This document shows positions 20,899 to 28,936 of a stretch of DNA of 64,000 nt, piece after piece. The stretch is from Akkermansiaceae bacterium (lineage in GTDB: Bacteria; Verrucomicrobiota; Verrucomicrobiia; Verrucomicrobiales; Akkermansiaceae), in assembly GCA_039768255.1 (NCBI GenBank), contig JBDNAW010000019.1, positions 3,213 to 67,212 of the forward strand. Direction: 5' to 3'. Position 1 is the stretch's first letter; each line of letters begins with the position of its first letter. The notes below the pieces were generated by a model. That model was not told the origin of the DNA. It ran no database searches and was given only the letters and a program-made list of their open reading frames with translations. Both the position numbers and the translations under genes were made by a program.

Positions 20899-22095
20899 AT
20901 GCCCAGTAACCGCAAAACCGCTTCGTCTGCGAATTTTTTCGACGACTTTCCCACCACCGTCGAAGCGCCGCTTTTTAGCCCTAAGCAGGCCAAGTCCTTC
21001 GACAGCGCCCGGCCGAAAAAATCTGGAACGGCGATCGTTTACTGTGAAGGTCACTTCGGCGGAATCGATGGCAAGACCGCGAACGGCTTGGTACGTCATT
21101 CCGAAAAATACGAAATCCTTTCGGTCATTGATCGGGAAAAAGCAGGGCAAGACGCCGGTGGAATTCTGGATGGCAAGCCAAACGGAATCCCCATCTGCCA
21201 AGACCTCGATGAAGCTCTAGCCGACGCCGGTTGCATTCCGGATTATTTCATCTTGGGGATCGCTCCCGCAAGCGGAATGCTTTCTCCAGCCGAAAGGAAG
21301 CTGGTTCTCAGAGCAATCGAGAAAGGCATGAACATCGTAAACGGGCTCCATGAGTTCCTCAATGACGACCCGGAATTCGCAAGTGCTTGTGCAAAATCAG
21401 GCGTGGTGATTCGCGATGTGCGTAGGCCTCGCGATAAGAAAGATCTCCGAGTGTTCAGCGGACGTATTTCCGAAGTCACCTGCCCGCGCATCGCGGTGCT
21501 GGGCACCGATTGTGCGATTGGGAAACGCACCACCGCCACGGTTCTCGCGCGTGCTTTAAATGAGCGCGGCATCAAAGCGGTGATGATCGGCACTGGGCAG
21601 ACCGGTCTCATTCAAGGGGCACGCTACGGGCTCGCGCTCGATGCGGTGCCTTCGCAATTTTGTGCGGGGGAATTGGAAGCGACGATTGTTGAGGCGTTTG
21701 AAAACGAAGATCCCGATGTCATTTTGATCGAAGGCCAAGGCTCACTGAGTCACCCGGCTTATTCGACTTCCAGCTTTATCATCCGGGGAAGTTGCCCGCA
21801 GGGTGTTGTGCTCCAGCATGCGCCGACCCGGGAACATCGCTGCGACTTCGAGCACATGCCAATGCCTGACCCAGCTTCGGAGATCAACCTCATCGAGACC
21901 TTCGCCGACACCAAGGTCATCGGCCTCACTCTCAATCATGTAAACATGACCAATGACGAGGTTTCCGCTGCCATCACTCGCTACGAAGACGAGCTTGGAA
22001 TTCCCACCACCGATGCGTTGACCCGCTCTCCTGAACGCTTGGTCGAGATGGTCCTCTCCGCCTTTCCACAGATTGGAGGCGCGTCATTCACTTAA
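20899..22095 (+). CDS. DUF1611-family protein (DgcN-like putative N-acetyltransferase)
   Basis: AIVYCEGHFGGIDGKTANGLVR.., P-loop-like VLGTDCAIGKRTT, IEGQGSLSHPAYS. Start set at ATG 20899, preceded by GAGGAG; the ORF extends to 20785. Confidence 0.8.
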   Translation: MPSNRKTASSANFFDDFPTTVEAPLFSPKQAKSFDSARPKKSGTAIVYCEGHFGGIDGKTANGLVRHSEKYEILSVIDREKAGQDAGGILDGKPNGIPICQDLDEALADAGCIPDYFILGIAPASGMLSPAERKLVLRAIEKGMNIVNGLHEFLNDDPEFASACAKSGVVIRDVRRPRDKKDLRVFSGRISEVTCPRIAVLGTDCAIGKRTTATVLARALNERGIKAVMIGTGQTGLIQGARYGLALDAVPSQFCAGELEATIVEAFENEDPDVILIEGQGSLSHPAYSTSSFIIRGSCPQGVVLQHAPTREHRCDFEHMPMPDPASEINLIETFADTKVIGLTLNHVNMTNDEVSAAITRYEDELGIPTTDALTRSPERLVEMVLSAFPQIGGASFT

Positions 22096-22115
22096 ACGAT
22101 CAACCAGCGCCACGC

Positions 22116-23198
22116 TTGGAGATCGATCTGAAAAAGATCGCTCACAATGCGCGCACCCTTGTGAACCGACTCCGTGAACGAGGGATCTCGGTCACCGGTG
22201 TCACGAAGGCAACGCTCGGCATGCCGGAAATCGCCAAGGCTTGGATCCGAGCTGGCGTTTGTAGGCTGGGAGATTCTCGGGTCGAAAATGTAGCCACGAT
22301 GCGAGCCTCGCGAATCGATGCCCCCATGACGCTCATTCGCACGCCGATGCTGAGCCAAGTGGACCAAATCGTCGCGCTCACTAATATGAGTTTTAATACC
22401 GAGATCGAAGTGATTCATGCCCTTTCCGCGGCGGCGAAAAAGCTCAACCGCATCCACGGAGTGGTCCTCATGGTTGAGCTCGGTGATCTCCGAGAAGGGA
22501 TCATGCCGGAGATGCTGGAAATGACCGTCCGGGCCGTGCTGCGGTCCTCGAACACGATCTTCATGGGCCTTGGCACGAACCTAGCCTGCCGAAGCGGCGT
22601 TTCTCCTGATTCCCAAAATATGGCGGAACTCACGAGGCTGGCGGACTCGATCGATGAGACCTTTGGCCCCATCGTCAACACCGTCTCGGGAGGAAACTCG
22701 GCCAATCTAGACTGGGCCCTCAGCGGTGCCGATACCGGAAGGATCAATAACCTCCGTCTTGGCGAAGCCATGCTCCTCGGATGTGAACCGCTATATCGTA
22801 AAGTGATCAAGGACCTCCACACCGATGCCATCACCCTCATTGCGGAGGTCATCGAGCTTAAAACCAAGCCCTCCAAACCCTGGGGGAAGATTGCGCAGGC
22901 TGCCTTCGGCGAAGTCACGCCCAGCGATGATCGAGGAAACATTTCTCAAGCGATTGTCGCCATCGGAAGGCAGGACATCGATCCGGACGGGCTTGTGCCG
23001 CCTCCAGGCCTCAAGATTCTCGCCGCGAGTAGCGACCACCTCGTCATCGATACCAGCCAGTATCGGGGCCGTATGCAGGTGGGAACCCAGATCCCCTTCC
23101 AACTCGACTACCGCGCGCTCCTCCGCGCGATGACCTCGCCTTTTATCCCCAGAATTATGAAGAGGCCGATGGCCAAACTTCACGCCGGAAGCGTATGA
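22116..23198 (+). CDS. Alanine/ornithine racemase-family PLP enzyme (fold type III)
   Basis: PLP-lysine context GVTKATLG, MVELGDLREG, SGGNSANL. TTG start 20 nt after the DUF1611 stop. Confidence 0.75.
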   Translation: MEIDLKKIAHNARTLVNRLRERGISVTGVTKATLGMPEIAKAWIRAGVCRLGDSRVENVATMRASRIDAPMTLIRTPMLSQVDQIVALTNMSFNTEIEVIHALSAAAKKLNRIHGVVLMVELGDLREGIMPEMLEMTVRAVLRSSNTIFMGLGTNLACRSGVSPDSQNMAELTRLADSIDETFGPIVNTVSGGNSANLDWALSGADTGRINNLRLGEAMLLGCEPLYRKVIKDLHTDAITLIAEVIELKTKPSKPWGKIAQAAFGEVTPSDDRGNISQAIVAIGRQDIDPDGLVPPPGLKILAASSDHLVIDTSQYRGRMQVGTQIPFQLDYRALLRAMTSPFIPRIMKRPMAKLHAGSV

Positions 23199-23578
23199 AA
23201 ACATTCCTGTCTAAAATCCGCCAATTTTTCTCCTCCATCGTTACCCCAATTCAAAGCAGCGAACAATCGTCCATGCCTACGCCGCATTCAAACGATGCGG
23301 GCGACTTGATCCCGAAGTCTTCCCAAGAAGCTCATGCGAGGCTGCACGATACCCTCGCTCAGAGCTCCACCATTCAAGAACTCAGTCATGACGAGTTCCT
23401 GCGAGCCTGGATCGCCATCGCCTACATCGCGCCCGCCTTAAGCCCAGACGAAGCCAACTCAAAAGAAGGAAGCTGGCCCACCGGCTGGAACGTCATCGCC
23501 GCTGAAGCGTTTCGACGTTTCGAAAAAAAAGAACTCACCAAAGAAGAACTCTACCCGAGACCCAAGCGCCTTTTATGA
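23195..23578 (+). CDS. Hypothetical protein (127 aa)
   Basis: No recognisable motif. Both ends are ATGA overlaps with the neighbouring genes, which supports translation. Confidence 0.5.
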   Translation: MKTFLSKIRQFFSSIVTPIQSSEQSSMPTPHSNDAGDLIPKSSQEAHARLHDTLAQSSTIQELSHDEFLRAWIAIAYIAPALSPDEANSKEGSWPTGWNVIAAEAFRRFEKKELTKEELYPRPKRLL

Positions 23579-24219
23579 GGAGCCCACGCGCTTCTCCTTT
23601 CGATCCGGATGCTATGGATCGCCTCGCTTCCGCCGTGGCCGATCCCGGATATGGAATCTTCCCTGATTTTCTCACTCCGGAAATCCAAGCTGACCTCATT
23701 CAGCTCATGGCGGATAAGGTAGCAGCTAATCAACTCGTTCGTGCGGGAGTCGGGGCTGGTTTAGAAACGCAGGTGCGGGCTGAAATTCGCAGTGATTCTA
23801 TCTTCTGGCTTGAGCCGGATGATGACGCCCCCGCCGCTTCATCCTGGCTTGAGGGGATGAATACCCTGTGCGAGCACTTCCGCCGCCAACTCTTCCTGCC
23901 GCTTTCTTCCTACGAAGGACACCTTGCTCGCTATCCGGCATCGGGATTTTACAAAGCGCATCTCGACCAGCACGCGGGGACGCTCGCACGCCAAATCACG
24001 ATCATGATTTACCTCAATCAAGATTGGGAGCAGCCTGATGGCGGAGAACTCAGGCTCTTCACCGATGTTAAAAAAGGACCCAACGGTCCCTTTGTTGAAG
24101 TGATGCCTCAAGCAGGGACCCTCGTCATTTTTCGCAGCGCGGACTTCTGGCATGAAGTGCTCCCTTCTCGCCGAGCCCGACTGAGCCTCACCGGCTGGCT
24201 ACGCGGGAGGGAGGAATGA
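23575..24219 (+). CDS. 2OG-Fe(II) oxygenase (prolyl 4-hydroxylase-like)
   Basis: HxD...H facial triad (AHLDQH ... FWHEV), 2OG-binding RARLSLTGW, GGELRLF. Confidence 0.8.
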   Translation: MRSPRASPFDPDAMDRLASAVADPGYGIFPDFLTPEIQADLIQLMADKVAANQLVRAGVGAGLETQVRAEIRSDSIFWLEPDDDAPAASSWLEGMNTLCEHFRRQLFLPLSSYEGHLARYPASGFYKAHLDQHAGTLARQITIMIYLNQDWEQPDGGELRLFTDVKKGPNGPFVEVMPQAGTLVIFRSADFWHEVLPSRRARLSLTGWLRGREE

Positions 24220-24228
24220 TGCGGGCAG

Positions 24229-24265
24229 AAAAAAAGGCGGAGCACGATCAAGCGCTTCGCCTTTT
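24229..24265. terminator. Bidirectional terminator between the oxygenase and RRM genes
   Basis: AAAAGGCG...CGCCTTTT hairpin flanked by an A-run and a T-run. Confidence 0.7.
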
Positions 24266-24281
24266 GAAGTCCGTAAAAGTG

Positions 24282-24303
24282 GACTAGTAGTTGACTAGTA
24301 GTT
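24282..24303. repeat. Perfect 2 x 11-bp tandem duplication (GACTAGTAGTT) spanning the RRM gene stop codon
   Basis: Direct reading: ggACTAGTAGTTGACTAGTAGTTgcg. Confidence 0.9.
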
Positions 24304-24567
24304 GCGTCCACCGCCGCCACGCTCTTCGCGGGGCTTGGCTTCGTTCACCTTGAGGTTACGTCCGTCAAGTTCGGTGCCGTCGGCACCTTTAATGGCATCG
24401 ATCATCGCGGACTTAGAGTCCATGGTCACGAAGGCGAAGCCTCGTGGGCGGCCAGTCTCGCGATCTTCGGGAAGGTGAGTGTCCGTCACTGAACCATATT
24501 GGGAGAAGAAGGACTCTAGTGCTTCCTTTGTCGTATCGAACGACAGATTGCCTACATACATTTTCAT
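24295..24567 (-). CDS. RRM-type RNA-binding protein
   Basis: RNP-2 MYVGNL, RNP-1 RGFAFVTM, Gly-rich tail [11 protein letters not shown]. Confidence 0.9.
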   Translation of the reverse strand: MKMYVGNLSFDTTKEALESFFSQYGSVTDTHLPEDRETGRPRGFAFVTMDSKSAMIDAIKGADGTELDGRNLKVNEAKPREERGGGGRNY

Positions 24568-24779
24568 CTTAATAAAGTGGCTCCTGCAATGAAACGCTAG
24601 TCTTCAAGACCAACGAGCGCACAAGCCGACCTGATCGCGTAACCTATCCCCCAGCCCGATGCCACAACTTTCGCTCGCCATCTTTTCAGCTCCCCAGAAC
24701 GGGCTAGATTAATTGGGTCTGAGAGTCTCCAAACTATTAAAGGCACCTTTTTCCTTGTGATCTTAACATCAAGCGTTAT

Positions 24780-24814
24780 GTTGCACAAAGTTGCATTATT
24801 CAATTTCATGCAAC
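24780..24814. promoter_or_regulatory. GTTGCA / GTTGCAT / ATGCAAC motif cluster upstream of the CBM-repeat gene (candidate operator or leader hairpin)
   Basis: GTTGCA at 24780, GTTGCAT at 24790, ATGCAAC at 24808. The 7-nt arms are the same as those of the palindrome at 29914. Confidence 0.4.
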
Positions 24815-24853
24815 TTTCTCCAATTAGCGTCCACTTCAAGCAAACTTAACCCC

Positions 24854-27295
24854 ATGAAATCAAAACTCCCCAATTTAATTCTAGCCTCATTTGCAGGCAT
24901 CACCCTCTCTGCAAACGGAGCAGAAGTTTCCGTTTATAACGGGGCTTTCGATAACGGCTCCGATGGCTGGCAAGAAGTCAACGGCGATAGTGCAGCATTT
25001 AGCTACGACTACCCAAGCGCTGGTGGAAATCCCGGTGGGCATGGTATTATCGACAACACCGCTGGTGGAAGCTGGGGAATCTGGGTTGCGAATTTTGAAG
25101 CCGAGGAGCTCCTAGTCGATCTCGGACTCGAATCCGGCAGCACTTATACATTTAAGGTTGATATGAAGCGTATCTCCGGAGATAATATAGGCGGTTTCAA
25201 AGTCGATTTCTTCAATGAAGGAAACCCCAACGGCTCTACAGGTGATGTTTACCCAACTCTCATTGGAGATGGAACTACGTGGGAAACCTACGAATTCCAA
25301 GTTACCATCCCCGCGAATACGACCGGAATTAAATCGGTTCCACTTTGGGGCCCCGACTCAGCCGTCGCGTTCGATAACATTCTCGTCGACGACACCGCGA
25401 TCACTGGATCGAGTAGCATTCCTGATGCAGATTTTGAGGCTGCCGATGGACTGGCTTGGGAGCAGAACAGCGGAGCGGGAGATTTTGTATTTAGCTTCCC
25501 CGCTACTGGAGGAAACCCCGGTGGACATGGCGTCATCGATAACTCAGGCGGCGGCGGCTGGGGAGTTCTTGTGACTGATAACGGAAACATTCTTACCCTC
25601 AGTCAAATCGGCCTCGAAGCCGGAAAATCTTACATCTTCAAGCAAGATATGAAGCGAATCTCAGGAGATAATATCGGCGGTTTCAAAGTCGATTTTTTTA
25701 ATGGGGCAGCCCTAGATTCTTCAACCGGCGATATTTTCCCAACACTCATTGGAGATGGCTCCACTTGGGAAACCTATGAGTTCCAAATTTCAATCCCAAG
25801 TAACAGCACTGGCATCAAAGTCGTCCCACTTTGGGGCGCAAACTCGGTTGTAGGATTCGATAATATCGCCTTTGACCCAGTAGCGATCGAAGTCCCTGAC
25901 ATCACTGAAATCCCGAATAGCGGATTTGAGGAAGGTGCTGCTGACTGGGCTGCCTACGGCCAGCCTAATACCGTATTCACGTATGAAACCAGTGACGGAA
26001 ATCCAAATGGATATGCCGTGATGACCAATGACGGCGAAGGTTACGGAGTGCTCGTTTCCAACAATGGCGGAACCCTCCCACTGGCGGGCCTCGGCCTCAG
26101 CTCCGGAAGCACCTACAACTTCACCCAAGATATGAAAATCTTCTCCGGCTCGGAAGTTGGAGGTCTCAAAGTTGAATTCTACAACTCGGGTGCTGGTGCC
26201 GGAGATACCGGAGACATCCGCATTCCGGTCATCGGTGATGGTTCCACCTGGGAGACTTACCAATATCAAATCGCCATTCCTCTCGGAGTTGATTCCATCA
26301 AAGTGGTGCCACTTTGGGGCTCTGGATCATCGGTCGGATTCGATAATGTGACCTTTGATTCCAACCGGCTTCCTTCACCTCCCGTCATCAATCATGATTT
26401 CGAAGCTGGAGGAGCAAATTGGTCATTCTTCGCTGCCGAACTTGATGAAAACGGCCAAAACAGCGAGCTCGTGTATCGCGAGACAGGTGGCAACCCAGGT
26501 GGATATGCCGAGATCAAAAACTTCAGTAACTGGGCCGTCCTCGTTGCCAACCAAGCCAATGTCACCCCTATCGAAAACTTCGGGATTACCGAGGAAGGCA
26601 ACTACGAATTCAAGATGGACATGAAAATCTTTGAAGGTGCCAGTATCGGCGGCCTCAAAATCGAATTCTACCTTGAAGGCCGCACCACTGGTGAACCTGA
26701 TTTTTCTTCCCCTGAGGCGTTCCCATTCCTAATCGGAGATGGTTCAACTTGGGAAACTTACACCTTTGATGTTTTCATCCAAGAAGGAGTGACAGGAATG
26801 AAAATCGTCCCTCTTTGGGGTGCAGGATCTACGGTGGGATACGATAACATCGTAACTCCTCAAGCTGGGGCTTCTGGCTTCACCGCATGGATCAACAGCT
26901 TCCCGAACGTAGGAACACAGAGCGGCTTTAATGACGATCCCGATCATGACGGAACGCCAAATGGCCTAGAAAATTTCTTTGGCACTGACCCTTCCGTGAG
27001 CAACCAAGGACTTGTCGCCGGAATCACGATTGATAGCGCCTTTAGCACCTTCTTCTTCAGTCACCCGCAGAGCGATAGCCCAGCAGAAGATATCTCAGAA
27101 CCCATTTACGAGTGGTCCACTGATCTCGAGAATTTCTACGGAAGCGGAGAGGCCAACCCTGATAACGTTACGATGACCTTCAATATCGAAGACAACACCC
27201 CAGCAGTAGGCTTCACCACCGTAGAGGCTAGTGTCACCGGATCGCTCCAGGAGAAAGTCTTCGTTCGCGTCCGCGTCGCACAGGCGGTCCAATAA
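24854..27295 (+). CDS. Secreted protein with four tandem CBM4_9-like modules and a C-terminal DxDxDG-containing module
   Basis: Signal peptide from ATG 24854. Four modules each start like N(G/S)(G/A)F(E/D)..W and contain GGNPGG(H/Y).., MK(R/I)(I/F)SG..(I/V)GG(F/L)KV(D/E)F(F/Y), IGDG(S/T)TWETY, PLWG. No catalytic domain seen. Confidence 0.8.
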   Translation: MKSKLPNLILASFAGITLSANGAEVSVYNGAFDNGSDGWQEVNGDSAAFSYDYPSAGGNPGGHGIIDNTAGGSWGIWVANFEAEELLVDLGLESGSTYTFKVDMKRISGDNIGGFKVDFFNEGNPNGSTGDVYPTLIGDGTTWETYEFQVTIPANTTGIKSVPLWGPDSAVAFDNILVDDTAITGSSSIPDADFEAADGLAWEQNSGAGDFVFSFPATGGNPGGHGVIDNSGGGGWGVLVTDNGNILTLSQIGLEAGKSYIFKQDMKRISGDNIGGFKVDFFNGAALDSSTGDIFPTLIGDGSTWETYEFQISIPSNSTGIKVVPLWGANSVVGFDNIAFDPVAIEVPDITEIPNSGFEEGAADWAAYGQPNTVFTYETSDGNPNGYAVMTNDGEGYGVLVSNNGGTLPLAGLGLSSGSTYNFTQDMKIFSGSEVGGLKVEFYNSGAGAGDTGDIRIPVIGDGSTWETYQYQIAIPLGVDSIKVVPLWGSGSSVGFDNVTFDSNRLPSPPVINHDFEAGGANWSFFAAELDENGQNSELVYRETGGNPGGYAEIKNFSNWAVLVANQANVTPIENFGITEEGNYEFKMDMKIFEGASIGGLKIEFYLEGRTTGEPDFSSPEAFPFLIGDGSTWETYTFDVFIQEGVTGMKIVPLWGAGSTVGYDNIVTPQAGASGFTAWINSFPNVGTQSGFNDDPDHDGTPNGLENFFGTDPSVSNQGLVAGITIDSAFSTFFFSHPQSDSPAEDISEPIYEWSTDLENFYGSGEANPDNVTMTFNIEDNTPAVGFTTVEASVTGSLQEKVFVRVRVAQAVQ
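24920..26870 (+). repeat. Four tandem intragenic module repeats (about 475-500 nt each)
   Basis: Approximate boundaries are 24920, 25418, 25910, 26384 and 26870. Modules 1 and 2 are the most similar (e.g. MKRISGDNIGGFKVDFFN is identical). Confidence 0.8.
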
Positions 27296-27332
27296 TCTCC
27301 TTCCAATCACACACACATCCCAAGCTAAAACA

Positions 27333-27366
27333 AACGGCGTCTCTTTTTAGGGACGCCGTTTTTTTG
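27333..27366 (+). terminator. Rho-independent terminator after the CBM-repeat gene
   Basis: AACGGCGTC-loop-GACGCCGTT followed by TTTTT. Confidence 0.85.
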
Positions 27367-27676
27367 GGGCTCAGTAAGGTCATTGAAAACACCTCTCGAC
27401 TTAAGGCCAAATCTTCCCAAGTTTTTGAAGTGCGCCAAAACTGGTCAGGTGCTCTTAAAAAAATCGAAATGATCGAGAAAGTCATCAAAACCGCACCTCA
27501 TTTGGAAGACGCATGGTGGAGCTTGCTCATCTCGCTTTCTGAAATGAAGAAACACTCAAAAATTGCCGACACCTTACGCGCCTATCATCAACAATTTGGA
27601 ATTCGCCTGACTGCCGATGACATCAATCAAGACATTTTCGGGGCCTTTATAAACTCGCCAGAAGGCAAAGCATACT

Positions 27677-28936
27677 TCAATTCCGAAGAGTAAATTCGAG
27701 CCGCAAAAACGGCTGGGAGGAACTCACTTGTGTGCGTCCATCTGGAAGCATATTTAAATGACTCGGAGAAACAGAGCCCCAATCTTTCAGATTACTCGAA
27801 GTGAACGGCAGCGTCTCCACATCAGCCATGCGAGATGGCGTCAGGAAATAAGTAAAGCCAAGGGCACTAGACTGTGTTGGATTCTGGTCTAAGGCATACT
27901 CCCCCAGATTCGGGAGCCCATCGCCATCCGAATCCACGATCATCGAAGTATCTGCGAGCCCAAATCCGCCGGCCCATGTGAGATAAGCATCATCAACAGT
28001 GGGATTCATCGCCAGCACATCGGTTAAAATTTCTGCATCTTCCAGCGCTGTCACTTCAGTCGAAGTCGCCACACCAATCGCGTCTAAGATTTCAGACGCC
28101 ATTCGCGCCTGAGCGGCGGTTGCTGGATGGAAGCCGTCTTTACAAAAAAGGTTCCGCTTTCGATTCTCCGGATCAGCGTTGGCGAAAAACTCCACGTTCC
28201 CAAATCGAAACGGCTCTTCGCTCAGCAAGTCTCTTGTCAGAGCAAAGACATCGACCACCTGTAAAGTATTCGTCGCCGCCAAGGCATTGAGCTGAGCATT
28301 TAATAATGAAATTTGCTCAGTCACAATTGCTCTCTGTTTAGGGTCAGGGAAGCGCTCCTGCACATCGAGCGTCCCCCCTACATCAGGTACGTTCACCAGC
28401 ACGATCGGAAGGGATGACTTTTTGTTTCGAAGCTGAGTAATAATCGTCGCCAGATTCTCAACCACCGATAACCGCCAAGCTTCTCCTGACTCACCATTGA
28501 TTAGTTCACGATATTCTGAATTGGCATCATTTCCCCCGAGAAAAATAACCGCGACATCCATCTCGCTTACCGTTCCTAAAAGCCGATCGATATAAAAGAA
28601 CATCAGCGGATTCGTAAAAATCGTTTCCTCAAAGGCATCTTTCCAAGTTTTACTCTCTGACCCTGGAAAACTCCAATTGTATTCATAACCCCCATTCCGA
28701 GCATCGGACCAATCACCCAAATCACTGCGGAATTCTCCAAAGGAAATTTCAGAATCACGACGCCTCCCCAAGATCTCAACCCAGTTCTCCGTATTCGCAT
28801 TCAGTGGATCAGAATCCGGAGCACTAAAAGGAACCTCAAAGCGATATTCCTCACTCAAACTATCTCCAATCACCATCACCTTCAGCGGCGCGGCAATGAC
28901 CGGGCTGAGAATTAGAAATGGAATAAAAGACTTCAT
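27677..28936 (-). CDS. Secreted SGNH/GDSL hydrolase with a C-terminal DxDxDG-containing module
   Basis: Signal peptide from ATG 28936 (MKSFIPFLILSPVIAA). Block I VIGDSLSEEY, block III FLGGNDA, block V CKDGFHPA. C-terminal DSDGDGLPNLGEYALDQNP. Confidence 0.8.
   Translation of the reverse strand: MKSFIPFLILSPVIAAPLKVMVIGDSLSEEYRFEVPFSAPDSDPLNANTENWVEILGRRRDSEISFGEFRSDLGDWSDARNGGYEYNWSFPGSESKTWKDAFEETIFTNPLMFFYIDRLLGTVSEMDVAVIFLGGNDANSEYRELINGESGEAWRLSVVENLATIITQLRNKKSSLPIVLVNVPDVGGTLDVQERFPDPKQRAIVTEQISLLNAQLNALAATNTLQVVDVFALTRDLLSEEPFRFGNVEFFANADPENRKRNLFCKDGFHPATAAQARMASEILDAIGVATSTEVTALEDAEILTDVLAMNPTVDDAYLTWAGGFGLADTSMIVDSDGDGLPNLGEYALDQNPTQSSALGFTYFLTPSRMADVETLPFTSSNLKDWGSVSPSHLNMLPDGRTQVSSSQPFLRLEFTLRN

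Noticed and set aside
24597-24839. 80-aa ORF in the intergenic region upstream of the RRM gene
   Set aside because: It has no coding-like composition or motif, and it spans the GTTGCAT/ATGCAAC motif cluster. The region is more simply read as divergent promoters plus a long 5' leader of the RRM gene.
27364-27693. 109-aa ORF (or 74 aa from ATG 27469) between the CBM-repeat gene and the SGNH gene, with a faint TPR-like pattern (APHLEDAWWSLLISL)
   Set aside because: The annotated start lies in the terminator U-tract. The 3' end overlaps the convergent SGNH gene, and there is no terminator. It may be a gene remnant or a real small protein, but I cannot support it from sequence alone.
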